A stretch of DNA of 64,000 nucleotides, taken from positions 13,352 through 77,351 of the forward strand of contig PAPV01000005.1 in the NCBI GenBank assembly GCA_002709075.1, in the 5' to 3' direction. Below the pieces are notes generated by a model, which worked only from the letters and a program-made list of their open reading frames with translations, ran no database searches and had not been told where the DNA came from. The DNA comes from Rhodospirillaceae bacterium. Its GTDB lineage: Bacteria; Pseudomonadota; Alphaproteobacteria; MPNO01; UBA2964. The position numbers and the translations under genes were made by a program. Positions 31,256 through 42,016 of the stretch are shown here, piece by piece. Numbering within the stretch: position 1 is the stretch's first letter; each line of letters starts with the position of its first letter.

Positions 31256-32548
31256 TTATGAAAAAACGCGATTAAAGATCTTGTCAACTTCCTTGAGGTG
31301 ATATTTTAAATCAAATAATTCGGCAAGCTGGTCCTTTTTTAGGTGAGAGGTCACATCGGTGTCGGACTCAAGCTCTATAAGAAAATCTGCTCCGGTTTTC
31401 CAAACTTTCATAGCGTTACGCTGCACGCATAAATAAGCTTCTTCTCGGCTCATGCCCGCCTGTACAAGCCCAAGTAAGACTCTTTGCGAGAATACTAGTC
31501 CGCCTAAAGACTCAAGATTTTCTTCCATTATTTCGGGGTATACCAGTAATTTCTCAATTACCCCAGTCATGCGTGCGAGTGCAAAATCTAATGTGACTGT
31601 AGTGTCTGGGGCAATCATTCGCTCTACAGAAGAATGAGAAATATCCCGCTCGTGCCAAAGAGTCACATTCTCCATTGCTGGTACAGATGCTGACCGCACA
31701 ATTCGAGCTAATCCGGTTATATTTTCACTTAGAATTGGATTCCGTTTATGAGGCATGGCAGAAGAGCCTTTTTGTCCAGAAGAAAAAAATTCTTCTACCT
31801 CGCGGACCTCTGTCCTCTGCAAATGTCGAATTTCCACTGCTAATCGTTCCAAGCTACTTGCTATAACGCCCAAAGTAGAAAAAAACACAGCATGTCTGTC
31901 TCGAGGAATTACTTGTGTTGATATTGGTTCTACGACAAGACCAAGTTTACCGGCTACATATTCCTCAACTCGAGGGTCTATGTTGGCAAATGTTCCTACC
32001 GCGCCTGAGATTGCACAGGTTGCTATTTCATTTCTCGCGAGGATCAATCTATCACGATTGCGTTTGAATTCTGCATAATGGCCAGCAAGTTTTAGGCCAA
32101 ACGTAGTCGGCTCAGCATGAATGCCATGGCTGCGTCCGACGCATACTGTTTTCTTATGTTCGTAAGCCTGTATTTTGAGTTTATCCAAAAGTGCGTCAAT
32201 ATCGGCGATAAGAAGGTCGGATGCTTGTGAAAGTTGTATAGAAAGGCATGTATCAAGAACATCGGATGAAGTCATACCCTGATGGATGAAGCGAGCATCT
32301 TCGCCGATATGCTCTGCAAGATTCGTAAGGAACGCGATGACATCATGTTTGGTTTCTCGTTCAATTTCGTCTATCCTTTCGATTTGCCATTTACCACGCT
32401 CTCTTATTGCTGTTGCGGCCGTTGCAGGTATAACTCCAAGTTTTGCTTGTGCATCGGAGGCATGAGCTTCTATTTCAAACCAGATACGAAATTTATTTTC
32501 TGGTTCCCATATTGCAGTCATTTGCGGTCGTGAGTAACGAGGAATCAT
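31256..32548 (-). CDS. purB: Adenylosuccinate lyase
   Basis: MIPRYSRP, GRSHGIHAEP, GSSAMPHKRNP. Confidence 0.97.
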   Translation of the reverse strand: MIPRYSRPQMTAIWEPENKFRIWFEIEAHASDAQAKLGVIPATAATAIRERGKWQIERIDEIERETKHDVIAFLTNLAEHIGEDARFIHQGMTSSDVLDTCLSIQLSQASDLLIADIDALLDKLKIQAYEHKKTVCVGRSHGIHAEPTTFGLKLAGHYAEFKRNRDRLILARNEIATCAISGAVGTFANIDPRVEEYVAGKLGLVVEPISTQVIPRDRHAVFFSTLGVIASSLERLAVEIRHLQRTEVREVEEFFSSGQKGSSAMPHKRNPILSENITGLARIVRSASVPAMENVTLWHERDISHSSVERMIAPDTTVTLDFALARMTGVIEKLLVYPEIMEENLESLGGLVFSQRVLLGLVQAGMSREEAYLCVQRNAMKVWKTGADFLIELESDTDVTSHLKKDQLAELFDLKYHLKEVDKIFNRVFS

Positions 32549-32945
32549 CCTTTTTTGCCTTCTTATATCCCTATTGTCTGATACAATAGGAGTATATCAT
32601 TTAAGTCTTTTTAGACCATAGTTTAAGTTTTTGTTAAAATTGTGAGTCAACTTCACCGTGTTTCTGTTGTTTCTTCCACATTGCAGTATATTTCCCATTA
32701 AGTGCAATTAGCTCAATGTGATTATCACGTTCAAGTATCATACCTTTTTTAAAAATTTAAAATTTTATCGGCGTCCATTACAGTTGATAAGAGGTGAGTT
32801 ATAATGAGGGTAGTTTTTTCAGACGATAGGGAGCGTAAATTTTTTGCATTAAGCTCTCCGCTTAAAAGTTGAGCCTAGATTACGCTGTGTAAGATTAATA
32901 AAATATAATCAGTGTTTTATTGATATAGGTTTTTAAAGGAGGATA

Positions 32946-33929
32946 GTGGCTCTTATGTCGATCAATATTGTTGAATGCCTTACAGAAGCATTTTTCCCAG
33001 AATTACCAAATTTTTACTCCGGGAAAGTTCGGGACTCCTATGATCTGCCTGATGGACGGCGAGTGATGATTTCAACAGATCGACAGTCGGCATTTGACCA
33101 AATATTGGCTGCGGTGCCTTACAAAGGACAGGTCTTAAACCAGACTGCCCGTTTTTGGTTTGAGCAAACAGTAGATATTTGCCCTAACCATGTCCTTAGT
33201 TATCCTGATAAGAATGTGCTTATAGCAAAAAAACTTCAAATGTTACCAGTTGAGATGGTGGTACGTGACTACTTAACTGGTTCGACCGAAACCAGCATTT
33301 GGCCAATGTATAAAATTGGCAATCGAAATATGTATGGATTAAAATTCCCGGATGATCTTATAAAAAATCAAAAATTACCGAAGACTATTGTCACGCCAAC
33401 GACCAAGGCAGCATATGATGCACATGATAAACCTATTTCTCCTGACGAAATAATAAGAACTGGGTTGTTAAATAAGAGCCAGTGGAAAAGTTTGAAGGAT
33501 ATAAGTCTTGCCCTTTTTGCACGTGGTCGTGAGATTGCCGCAGGAAATGGCTTAATATTGGTCGACACTAAATACGAGTTTGGGCTTTCTAGCGACGGAT
33601 GCATAGTTGTAGCGGATGAAATTCACACTCCGGACTCAAGCCGCTACTGGTATGCTAACTCTTATAAAGAATGTTTCAAAGCAGGACGAGAGCCTATTAG
33701 CCTTGATAAAGAGTTTTTGAGGCTATGGATTACTAAACGGTGCGATCCCTACACTGATTTAATCCCAGATATTCCTATTGAAACAGTGAAAGAATTTAGC
33801 AATCGTTACATACATCTTTATGAGAGAGTAACTGGACAAACTTTCGAAAATTCACAAATAACAACGCCTATTATTGACCGCATTCGAAAAAATCTCTCAA
33901 GAGTTCTTCCAGAGTTTTTTGCCCACTAG
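32946..33929 (+). CDS. purC: SAICAR synthetase (long, ~320 aa type)
   Basis: SGKVRDSY, TDRQSAFD, LVDTKYEFG, DEIHTPDSSRYW, DKEFLR. Strong AAGGAGG RBS; start is GTG 32946 or ATG 32955. Confidence 0.93.
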   Translation: MALMSINIVECLTEAFFPELPNFYSGKVRDSYDLPDGRRVMISTDRQSAFDQILAAVPYKGQVLNQTARFWFEQTVDICPNHVLSYPDKNVLIAKKLQMLPVEMVVRDYLTGSTETSIWPMYKIGNRNMYGLKFPDDLIKNQKLPKTIVTPTTKAAYDAHDKPISPDEIIRTGLLNKSQWKSLKDISLALFARGREIAAGNGLILVDTKYEFGLSSDGCIVVADEIHTPDSSRYWYANSYKECFKAGREPISLDKEFLRLWITKRCDPYTDLIPDIPIETVKEFSNRYIHLYERVTGQTFENSQITTPIIDRIRKNLSRVLPEFFAH

Positions 33930-34000
33930 GAAAAGAAGACGAACATCGGATATAATACGAATTTATTGAGCCATCCAATAAGTTATTAAAATTAATTGTG

Positions 34001-34603
34001 TCAAAATTTTTGTGCTACTATATGAAAGATATGCCAGTGTTTATAATACCCTCTTGGAGTTTTGCTGTCTTCTTCTTCTTCCCTAAATAATTCGACGTTT
34101 AGTGATTTAAGAAGTGCCATAATCTCAGAGTGAGAAAAAAAAGTCATTCTAGGATTTCCGAACCAGCTATCGCGTTCTCCATAAAGTTGACAAGCTATTC
34201 TCCCACCCGTGATAAGCGAAGAAAGTATATTTTCCCAAAGTGCAGGGAATTTGTTGGGCGGAACTAGCGGCAGTGCAAAGCTAGAGTTTACTAAATGAAC
34301 GGGTGAAGGGAATAATGTTTCCTCGAACCTCGAGCAGATCGTTCTAATACTGGCCTTTGCAGGGATGTCTGTTCTTTGCATTAAGCCCTCGATAGCGGTT
34401 ATTTCAGAATCTATCGCTGTAACTCGCCATTGGTTGAGTAAAAGTTCTATTGTATCCCTTCCACTGCCACAGCCGAGATCTATGGCATCATATGGTTCTG
34501 CGAGAAATGTTTCAGTTTCAAATTGTTTTATTGCGAACTTGAGTGTTTCGCGGGGTTTTCTGTTACCCGTTATACTGTAGTAATTCTTCCACTTAGAATT
34601 CAT
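34001..34603 (-). CDS. Class I SAM-dependent methyltransferase (TehB-like)
   Basis: AIDLGCGSGRD motif I; KHWHIFHIVA C-terminus. Start uncertain (ORF is open to 34654). Confidence 0.85.
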   Translation of the reverse strand: MNSKWKNYYSITGNRKPRETLKFAIKQFETETFLAEPYDAIDLGCGSGRDTIELLLNQWRVTAIDSEITAIEGLMQRTDIPAKASIRTICSRFEETLFPSPVHLVNSSFALPLVPPNKFPALWENILSSLITGGRIACQLYGERDSWFGNPRMTFFSHSEIMALLKSLNVELFREEEEDSKTPRGYYKHWHIFHIVAQKF

Positions 34604-34828
34604 AGAACTATCTTTCTTAAAAAATAAGATTTTGTGAATAATTTTTTCAAACACAATTTACCTTTTTAATTACAGCGCTACTCATGAAGACCATGGCTTT
34701 TTAAGAAGAAAACAAACTTGCTAGGCTTGTTTTAAACTGCTTTTAAAGTCAATTACAACAAGCTATAAAATGTTTATATGGAACAGATTGTAAACTTGTT
34801 TAGCAATATTTTTATTCGGTGAAAATTT

Positions 34829-35449
34829 TTGACGGAATATCTCACTAATTTTGAAATTTGGCCTATAATTCAAGTTATTATTATTGACCTAGTGCTTGCT
34901 GGTGACAATGCAATTGTGGTTGGTATGGCTGCCGCGGCTGTAGACCCGGTTTATAGAAAAAAAGTAATTTTTCTCGGTATCGGGTTAGCTGTGATAATGC
35001 GAATTATTTTTGCGGCGTTGACAATACAACTTCTTGGTATTGTCGGTCTAACATTTGTAGGCGGTTTATTGCTGTTTTGGGTTTGCTGGAAGCTTCTCTT
35101 AGATTTGCAAGCTCAAAAGTCCAATAAGAAAGGGAATGTATTAGAATCCAAACATATTCCAACTGCAAAGAGGAAATCAGTATCTTCGGCTATTTTTCAG
35201 GTTGCAGTAGCAGATATTTCGATGTCACTGGACAATGTTTTAGCAGTTGCTGGAGTGGCGGATGATAATATTACAGTATTGATTATAGGGCTTGGTTTGT
35301 CTGTTATCTTGATGGGGGTTGGTGCAAGCCTTATTGCGAAGATCTTGGAAAGGAATCAGTGGGTAGGGTACGTGGGCCTTCTTCTTATAGTCTATGTCGC
35401 AATCGGCATGGTTTGGCGTGGAGGTGCAGAGTTGGGAAACTACCTGTAG
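34829..35449 (+). CDS. TerC family membrane protein (YjbE-like)
   Basis: IDLVLAGDNAIV and ADISMSLDNVLAVAG. Confidence 0.92.
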   Translation: MTEYLTNFEIWPIIQVIIIDLVLAGDNAIVVGMAAAAVDPVYRKKVIFLGIGLAVIMRIIFAALTIQLLGIVGLTFVGGLLLFWVCWKLLLDLQAQKSNKKGNVLESKHIPTAKRKSVSSAIFQVAVADISMSLDNVLAVAGVADDNITVLIIGLGLSVILMGVGASLIAKILERNQWVGYVGLLLIVYVAIGMVWRGGAELGNYL

Positions 35450-35804
35450 GTTTTTTAAACAGACTTTTTGTGTCAAACTCAGTAAACAAAAAAATAAATA
35501 TTTTTCATTAGACCGAACAACTTGTTTCCTTTCTTTAGCTAATCCATAAACGATCATTAGCGTAATTACGCTCTATATTTCTAACCGTGTTTACAAAACA
35601 CTTATTGTGCCGTTAACTTTTATATTTTCGTTGGTGGTGGTTTTTTAAAAATTTAGATTTTTATAAAATGCTTGTTAAAATCTCTTTAATGAAAATTGTT
35701 TGTATTTCTGCCATCTTCCCATTATTAGGTGATTGTCTCAGTTAAATCTGGAAAATTTTTTGATAAATGTAAATTTTATATAATTTTTTTCCTCGTGACA
35801 CTGT

Positions 35805-36608
35805 TTAATAAGGTGGGCAATTCAGTCCCCTTTGTGAAAGTGTAAAAATTTCACATCCATTTGAGGTTACCCCTAAAGAGTGTTCAAATTGAGCGGATAA
35901 TGATTTATCCCTGGTAACCGCAGTCCACCCATCTGCTAAAATCTTACAATCTGGTTTGCCCGCGTTTATCATTGGCTCAATAGTAAAGAACATTCCTTCT
36001 ACTAACTCGGGGCCTTCCCCAGGGCGACCGTAGTGCAAAATGCTAGGGGGGGTGTGGAAAACTCGGCCGAGTCCGTGACCACAAAAGTCTTTTACCACAG
36101 AAAATCTTAATGGTTCGATGTAGGACTGAATTGTATAGCCAATGTCACCAAGAGTAATTCCAGGGCGCACTATATCAATTGCCTTCATCAAGCTATTATA
36201 AGTTGCTTGGATAAGTCGTTCAGCCTTTTTATTAATTTTTCCGACAGGAAACATCCGACTCGAGTCGCCGTGCCAGCCATCAACGATTGGTGTCACATCA
36301 ATATTAATAATATCTCCGTCATGCAGCACACGGTTCCCTGGAATACCATGGCACACTACATGATTTATCGAGGTGCAAATAGATTTCGGAAAACCTTTGT
36401 AATTTAGGGGGGCTGGTATTGCACCATGTTCAATTGTGTATTCGTAGCAGATTTTATCTAATACATCCGTTGTTACCCCTGGCTCAACAAATGGAACAAT
36501 ATAATCGAGAAGATCAGCAGCTAGCTGGCCGGCTTTCCGCATCCCTTTGAATCCGTCTTCATCATGGATTGTGAACTGTGAGTTGGTGGATCTGACTGTT
36601 TCATTCAT
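35805..36608 (-). CDS. map: Type I methionine aminopeptidase
   Basis: VVCHGIP, HGDSSR, FCGHGLG, FTIEPM, SAQFEHS. Start taken at ATG 36608. Confidence 0.96.
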   Translation of the reverse strand: MNETVRSTNSQFTIHDEDGFKGMRKAGQLAADLLDYIVPFVEPGVTTDVLDKICYEYTIEHGAIPAPLNYKGFPKSICTSINHVVCHGIPGNRVLHDGDIINIDVTPIVDGWHGDSSRMFPVGKINKKAERLIQATYNSLMKAIDIVRPGITLGDIGYTIQSYIEPLRFSVVKDFCGHGLGRVFHTPPSILHYGRPGEGPELVEGMFFTIEPMINAGKPDCKILADGWTAVTRDKSLSAQFEHSLGVTSNGCEIFTLSQRGLNCPPY

Positions 36609-37086
36609 TATAATTCTTTTATTAGTTTTTATATTTTGTTGGCATCGCACGTTTTAATACCGACGGCAAGAAACACTTTATTAACTACCTATGATGGACA
36701 AAGTATATTTCTTTCAATTTGCTTCTTTTTTCTTAGGTCTTATAATCGTTTTAATACTTTATAATAATTTTTAACATAAATTCTTTTTTATCAAAGAATA
36801 TTCACCTCAAAGAATAGTTATAATATTACAGAACATCAAAAAAGTCGTTTGCGTGATTTGAAATCAGTAAAGATTATAAAGTTGAGTGTTTTGTTGATTT
36901 TTCGAAATCGCGAGGATAATATTTCATGAAACGGTAGTCCTGAATATCCGCTTGTTTTACTTCATTAATTTTGTTTGTGTTCATTTGTGGGACAGTGTTC
37001 GAATGGATAGAATTATGCAATACACTTACTCTTAGGAGGCCTCGGAAACATAGGTGTGAAAATGTTAGATATGTTAGATTACCATT

Positions 37087-37890
37087 ATGACTGAAACCCG
37101 TATATATACCGCAAGCCTGATTCTTATTGGTAACGAGCTTCTATCAGGCCGTACTCAAGATAAAAACCTCACATTTATAGCCAAGGGTTTGAACGAAATT
37201 GGAATTAGCATGTTAGCTGCTTACGTAATTCCAGATGTTAGAGAAACCATAATTAACTTGTTAAATGAAGTGAGAACAAAGTACGATTACGTTTTTACCA
37301 CGGGCGGTATTGGTCCTACTCATGATGATATAACCACCGAATGTGTGGCTGCAGCATTTGGAGTGGGAACATATGTTGACGAAGAGACGGCAGAGCTTCT
37401 GACCAAGCGTATTCAGGCACGCGGAGAAATAATGAATCCAGCTCGATTGAGAATGGCAACCTTCCCACAAGGCTCAGAACTCTTGAAAAATGAAGTGAGT
37501 GCAGCACCCGGTTACAAACTTGAAAATGTTTTTGTTATGGCAGGCGTGCCCCGTATCATGCAATTAATGTTTAGGGAGGCAAAAAAACATTTGCGAGGAG
37601 GTCAGATTATAAAATCTCGTGGTGCGGTCACTGATATAGGTGAAGGAACGATTGCAGCTCCTTTAGCGGAATTGCAAAAGCGTTATCCAATGATTGATAT
37701 TGGATCTTATCCACAAATGCGGCAAAATGTCGGTTTTCGAGTATCTATTGTTTTGCGAGGCACAAATGAGCATATTCTCAATCGTGCGCATGAAGAATTA
37801 ATGGGATTTTTGCATGATCTTGGAGGTAATCCAATTGAAGAAGATCCACAAACCACACAAGGTTCTGCAGAACCTGAGGATTTAAAATGA
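37087..37890 (+). CDS. CinA-like / molybdopterin-binding domain protein
   Basis: IGNELLSGRTQDKN, TTGGIGPTHDDIT, MAGVP, IGSYP. Confidence 0.9.
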   Translation: MTETRIYTASLILIGNELLSGRTQDKNLTFIAKGLNEIGISMLAAYVIPDVRETIINLLNEVRTKYDYVFTTGGIGPTHDDITTECVAAAFGVGTYVDEETAELLTKRIQARGEIMNPARLRMATFPQGSELLKNEVSAAPGYKLENVFVMAGVPRIMQLMFREAKKHLRGGQIIKSRGAVTDIGEGTIAAPLAELQKRYPMIDIGSYPQMRQNVGFRVSIVLRGTNEHILNRAHEELMGFLHDLGGNPIEEDPQTTQGSAEPEDLK

Positions 37891-38087
37891 ATTGGCAGCC
37901 CGTGTTGTTGGGTGTCACCCTCGGTGCTGGACTTTGGATCGCGTTTTCCGGCCTCCGTCGTATGTTTAATAACAAATTGTCCGAAAACGAACGGAAAAAG
38001 GGCTTTTGGCCGATGAATGCGGGATTTGCTCTTGCTTGCCTCTCAATGTATCTAATGGGACGTTTCAGCGAAACTGGTGGCGGATAG
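37887..38087 (+). CDS. Small two-TM membrane protein
   Basis: 66 aa with two hydrophobic segments; ATGA overlap with the cinA-like stop. Confidence 0.65.
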   Translation: MNWQPVLLGVTLGAGLWIAFSGLRRMFNNKLSENERKKGFWPMNAGFALACLSMYLMGRFSETGGG

Positions 38088-38437
38088 CCTTTAACTGTAA
38101 ATTAATGGTATTTCTCCGATATTATTTTGAGAAATTGTTTCGTGCAGGTAGGTTACGTACCCGTCAGGATATAGTTTTAGAGAATAATTAAATATTCAAA
38201 TTTTTTAAACGGTAGGTGAAGAAAATTTTATTGAAGTATTGTTTTGATTGAAGTTGATTGATTGGGAACGATCAAACATACGCAGATGTTTGGCGTTTTG
38301 CTATCAATCTTATATCGAATTTTACGTATTTTATGGTCCTCAGATCTTAGAAACTATCAGATAACTCAATCTGTCCTAGTATTTACTAGACATGTGAATT
38401 TTGTGCGTGCAGTTCAAACTGCCGAAAGGGCAAATGC

Positions 38438-39697
38438 ATGGTAATAAAAAATAACGTAAAAAGTGCCTTCGGAGCGTGGACCCAAAGAAATTATGCATGG
38501 TACATGGGTGGCGCTTCGGTTTCTTTATTTGGAATGTGGGCTCAGCGTATTGCAGTTGCGTGGTTAGCTTGGGAGCTAACTCGTTCTGAACTGTGGTTAG
38601 GTTTGATAGCTTTTGCAGATCTCTTTCCGACAGTTATAATTACTCCAATAGCTGGAGCAATAGCTGACCGAACAAATCGTTTATGGATGTCGCGGATTAG
38701 CATTTTCCTCGCCGGTTGCCAAGCGTTTATGCTTGCATGGATGGCGTACAACGGTTATTTGACCGAAGCTTCTGATGTATGGTGGCTATTCTTTCTTTCT
38801 TTGTTTCTTGGAATCGTTATGGCCTTTGCTACCGCCGCTAGATTGTCAATGGTTCCATTATTGATAGAGCCCGATTTTTTGCCCTCTGCATTGGCTAATG
38901 ATGCAGCAATTTTTAATAGTGCTCGGGTTGTGGGACCGATGCTTGCGGCACTTATAATATCTACTTGGAATGCTGGCACCGCATTTTTGCTAAATGGTTT
39001 TGTTTTCATGATTTTTGTTTGTTGTTTGATGGTAGTAAGGCTTCTTCGTAATGAGTCCAAGAGCAGTCCTAGTGGCAATGTGATAGCTGATACTATAGAG
39101 GGTATGCGTGCTGCGGCTGTACACCAGGGTATTGGGCCAATGTTGATTGTACTGTCTGCTGTTGCCATTGGTGTAAAATCATTCTTTGATCTATTACCTG
39201 CTGTCTCAGATGAAGTTTTTAATGCTGGAGTAGATGGTTTTGCGCACCTCGCTGCTGCGGGCGGTTTCGGGGCTGTATCAGCCGCAATTTGGTTAGCAAT
39301 GCGCGGAAGTTTAGAGGGATTAACCTCAATAACATTAGGTGCAATGGCTATTGGAATGGCTGGAATTTCACTGATGTGTGCGACAGATAATATATGGATC
39401 GGTTTGCTTGGTTCATTCTTTGGAGGGGTAGCTGTGACTTTATGCGGAACGGGGACCCAAACACTGATGCAAAATGCTGTAGAGGGTCATCTCCGTGGTC
39501 GTATAATGTCAATTTATGGAATGTTACACCGCGGCGCCCCCGCCGTTGGTGCGCTTACAATGGGGGCTGCAGCTGAAATCTTTGGAGTGCAATGGGCATT
39601 AATCACTACTTGTACAATTGTTTGTGCCCCGGTGCTTTTGTGGGCATGGCCACGCAGAACAAAAATCGCCAAAGCCCTTGAGAATAACGAATACTAA
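38438..39697 (+). CDS. MFS transporter (MFS_3/DUF894-like)
   Basis: About 12 TMs; AWLAWELT, GAIADRTNR, LRGRIMSIY. Confidence 0.9.
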   Translation: MVIKNNVKSAFGAWTQRNYAWYMGGASVSLFGMWAQRIAVAWLAWELTRSELWLGLIAFADLFPTVIITPIAGAIADRTNRLWMSRISIFLAGCQAFMLAWMAYNGYLTEASDVWWLFFLSLFLGIVMAFATAARLSMVPLLIEPDFLPSALANDAAIFNSARVVGPMLAALIISTWNAGTAFLLNGFVFMIFVCCLMVVRLLRNESKSSPSGNVIADTIEGMRAAAVHQGIGPMLIVLSAVAIGVKSFFDLLPAVSDEVFNAGVDGFAHLAAAGGFGAVSAAIWLAMRGSLEGLTSITLGAMAIGMAGISLMCATDNIWIGLLGSFFGGVAVTLCGTGTQTLMQNAVEGHLRGRIMSIYGMLHRGAPAVGALTMGAAAEIFGVQWALITTCTIVCAPVLLWAWPRRTKIAKALENNEY

Positions 39698-39764
39698 TTT
39701 TGTTCAGTTAAATAAGTCGGTATGAAGAAACGATTGCATACAAAACAGTGTTGGATGTTGGTTT

Positions 39765-41027
39765 ATGGCTTCAGAAAGAACTAAAAAACCCGTTGCCTTT
39801 CGCGTCATCATGCAAAAAACCTATGGTTTATACACGGCTGGAAGTACAATTTCATTATTTGGGATGTGGGCGCACAAGCTTGCTACCGCATGGCTTGCTT
39901 GGGAGTTAACGAAGTCAAGTTTTTGGGTGGGGTTAGTTGCTTTCTCTGAACTTGTTCCAACTTTGTTATTAACGCCGTTTGCCGGTGTCTTAGTGGAACG
40001 CTATGACCGGTTAAGATTGATAAGAATTAGCCAATTTTGTGGGATGATTCAATCACTCGCACTCGCCTTGATGGTTTTAACAGGCCAAATGTCAGAATAT
40101 CATGACATTTATTGGCTTATTGTTTGGACTGTCTTCCTTGGTATCGTATGGTCCTTGAATACTGCGGCGAGATTGTCTGTTGTGCCTAATCTTGTTTTAC
40201 GTGATGACGTACCATCTGCAGTTGCAATGAATTCAGCGATATTTAATTTAGCCCGAGTTATAGGTCCTGCTCTTGGTGGCTGGCTTATTTTTAGAGGTGG
40301 TGTAGGAGAAGCATTTCTATTCAACAGCGTGACTTATATTTTTTTTATTATCGCTCTATTTCTGATAAAACCAGTGCGAGATGATCGCCGTCCAGCTACC
40401 GGAAGAAGTATAATTAGCCAAGCTGCTGATGGCATTCATTATGCATCACACCATCCAGGAATTGGTCCTTTGCTTGTTGTTTTAATAGCAATGGCCTTGG
40501 GTGGTAAATCACTACTGGAGCTTATGCCAGAATTTGTTGATAAAGTTTTTCACACTGGTGAAGTTGGCCTCGGATACCTTTTCTCTGCGGCGGGAGCAGG
40601 TGGTCTTTTTGCAGCTGTTTGGTTGACTGCTCGAGGCAGAGTTGAAGGTCTGACAACCATTTCAATTGGTGCTTTATTTGCAACAGCGATTGCTGTTTTC
40701 TCTTTCGTAATAACAGAATCGTTCTTTGTTGCATTAATATCAGTGTTCCTTTTAGGTGTTACTGGAATATGTGGTGGTACTTCGACCCAGACATTGATGC
40801 AACACGCAGTGGATGAAAACCTGAGGGGCCGTGTAATGAGTCTCTATGGTATGATAAATCGAGGTGCACCAGCTCTAGGCGCTTTAGCTATGGGTGCACT
40901 TGCTGAGGTATTTGGCATTCGTTATGCAGTAGCGATTGGCAGTGCCGTATGCATTTTAGTTTGGATATGGGTGTTACCTAAAACATCTGCCCTGCGCAGC
41001 ATTCTTGAAACCAAACAAAATCGTTAG
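39765..41027 (+). CDS. MFS transporter (MFS_3/DUF894-like), tandem paralog
   Basis: About 12 TMs; AWLAWELT, GVLVERYDR, LRGRVMSLY. Confidence 0.9.
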   Translation: MASERTKKPVAFRVIMQKTYGLYTAGSTISLFGMWAHKLATAWLAWELTKSSFWVGLVAFSELVPTLLLTPFAGVLVERYDRLRLIRISQFCGMIQSLALALMVLTGQMSEYHDIYWLIVWTVFLGIVWSLNTAARLSVVPNLVLRDDVPSAVAMNSAIFNLARVIGPALGGWLIFRGGVGEAFLFNSVTYIFFIIALFLIKPVRDDRRPATGRSIISQAADGIHYASHHPGIGPLLVVLIAMALGGKSLLELMPEFVDKVFHTGEVGLGYLFSAAGAGGLFAAVWLTARGRVEGLTTISIGALFATAIAVFSFVITESFFVALISVFLLGVTGICGGTSTQTLMQHAVDENLRGRVMSLYGMINRGAPALGALAMGALAEVFGIRYAVAIGSAVCILVWIWVLPKTSALRSILETKQNR

Positions 41028-41732
41028 TGGATATGGTTTAGGACACATATTGAAAAAAATAATAGAAACTATGAGTTAGCCCTGAATGAATTCTGGTTCC
41101 AAATAAGGGTCATATTATCCGCCTATCAATGTTTTCGTTTATATAAATCCTTAAGATGATAACTCATTAGGCTTTAGATGATTTACCTTGCCATTCGTTT
41201 ATTGGAATTTACAAATGTAAGTACCAATTTAAACCAGGATCTAATAAAGAGTCTTACTTTTTAATCATCACTGGGATATGTAACAAAATCAGATTTATTA
41301 ATACTAATTTGGAGTAAGTAAATTGAATAAATGGTATAAAAATCTTTTGAACTATTGCAAAAAAAGTACAGTGTGGAATGACCATTGGGATGACCGGATA
41401 TATACCAATATCCAATCAAAAACACAGATTGAACAGATTAAAAGGTAATATTCTTCTCTCTGTTCATATTTGTTATGTCTATGGAAGCTCGCCGTTTGGC
41501 CTTTATTCTTTTTTACGTTTAAACCTCTTCCACCTTTTAGGTCCTCCTGATAAATTAACCTCTTTAATTCTTTACTGTTCATAGGAATCCTTAGGAACTA
41601 TTGTGAAGATATGAAAAATAAGTCAAATTTTTCCGACTCTGTGGTACGAATTTGAAAGAGAAATAGTAAAAAATAACAGGTGCTTTCTACCAAAAATTAT
41701 ATAAGTAACTGTTTTTTTGAGTAAAAATAGAT

Positions 41733-41820
41733 GCGGGCGTGGTGGAATTGGTAGACACAAGGGACTTAAAATCCCTCGATCGATAAGATCGTGCCGGTTC
41801 AAGTCCGGCCGCCCGCACCA
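41733..41820 (+). tRNA. tRNA-Leu (anticodon TAA)
   Basis: Acceptor GCGGGCG/CGCCCGC; D-arm GGTGGAATTGGTAGAC; anticodon stem AGGGA-CTTAAAA-TCCCT; long variable arm CGATC/GATCG; T-loop GTTCAAGTC; encoded CCA. Confidence 0.97.
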
Positions 41821-42016
41821 CTTTTTCAAAATCATTCCAGCTACTTTTTTGCGGTGCGGGAAGACAACTCAATTGTTATGCATATTAAGAAGTTATCCCA
41901 TTTATTCTTCGGTTCGTTAGGCTAGAACATCCGCTTAGGCATTTCAGCGATATGTATTAAATGGCAAGCACCTTTAATACGCAAACCCATTATTTTGTAC
42001 GAGAGTATATTGAATA

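Noticed and set aside
37062-37080. Short tandem duplications (ATGTTAGAT x2 here; TTTATGGCTT x2 near 61543-61562)
   Set aside because: Only two copies in AT-rich DNA; not an array and compatible with chance or slippage.
41352-41584. Opposing small ORFs upstream of the tRNA
   Set aside because: No recognisable motif or clear RBS, so they cannot be supported as genes; they may be eroded sequence.
41623-41920. Short ORFs overlapping the tRNA
   Set aside because: Shadow translations of tRNA-Leu.
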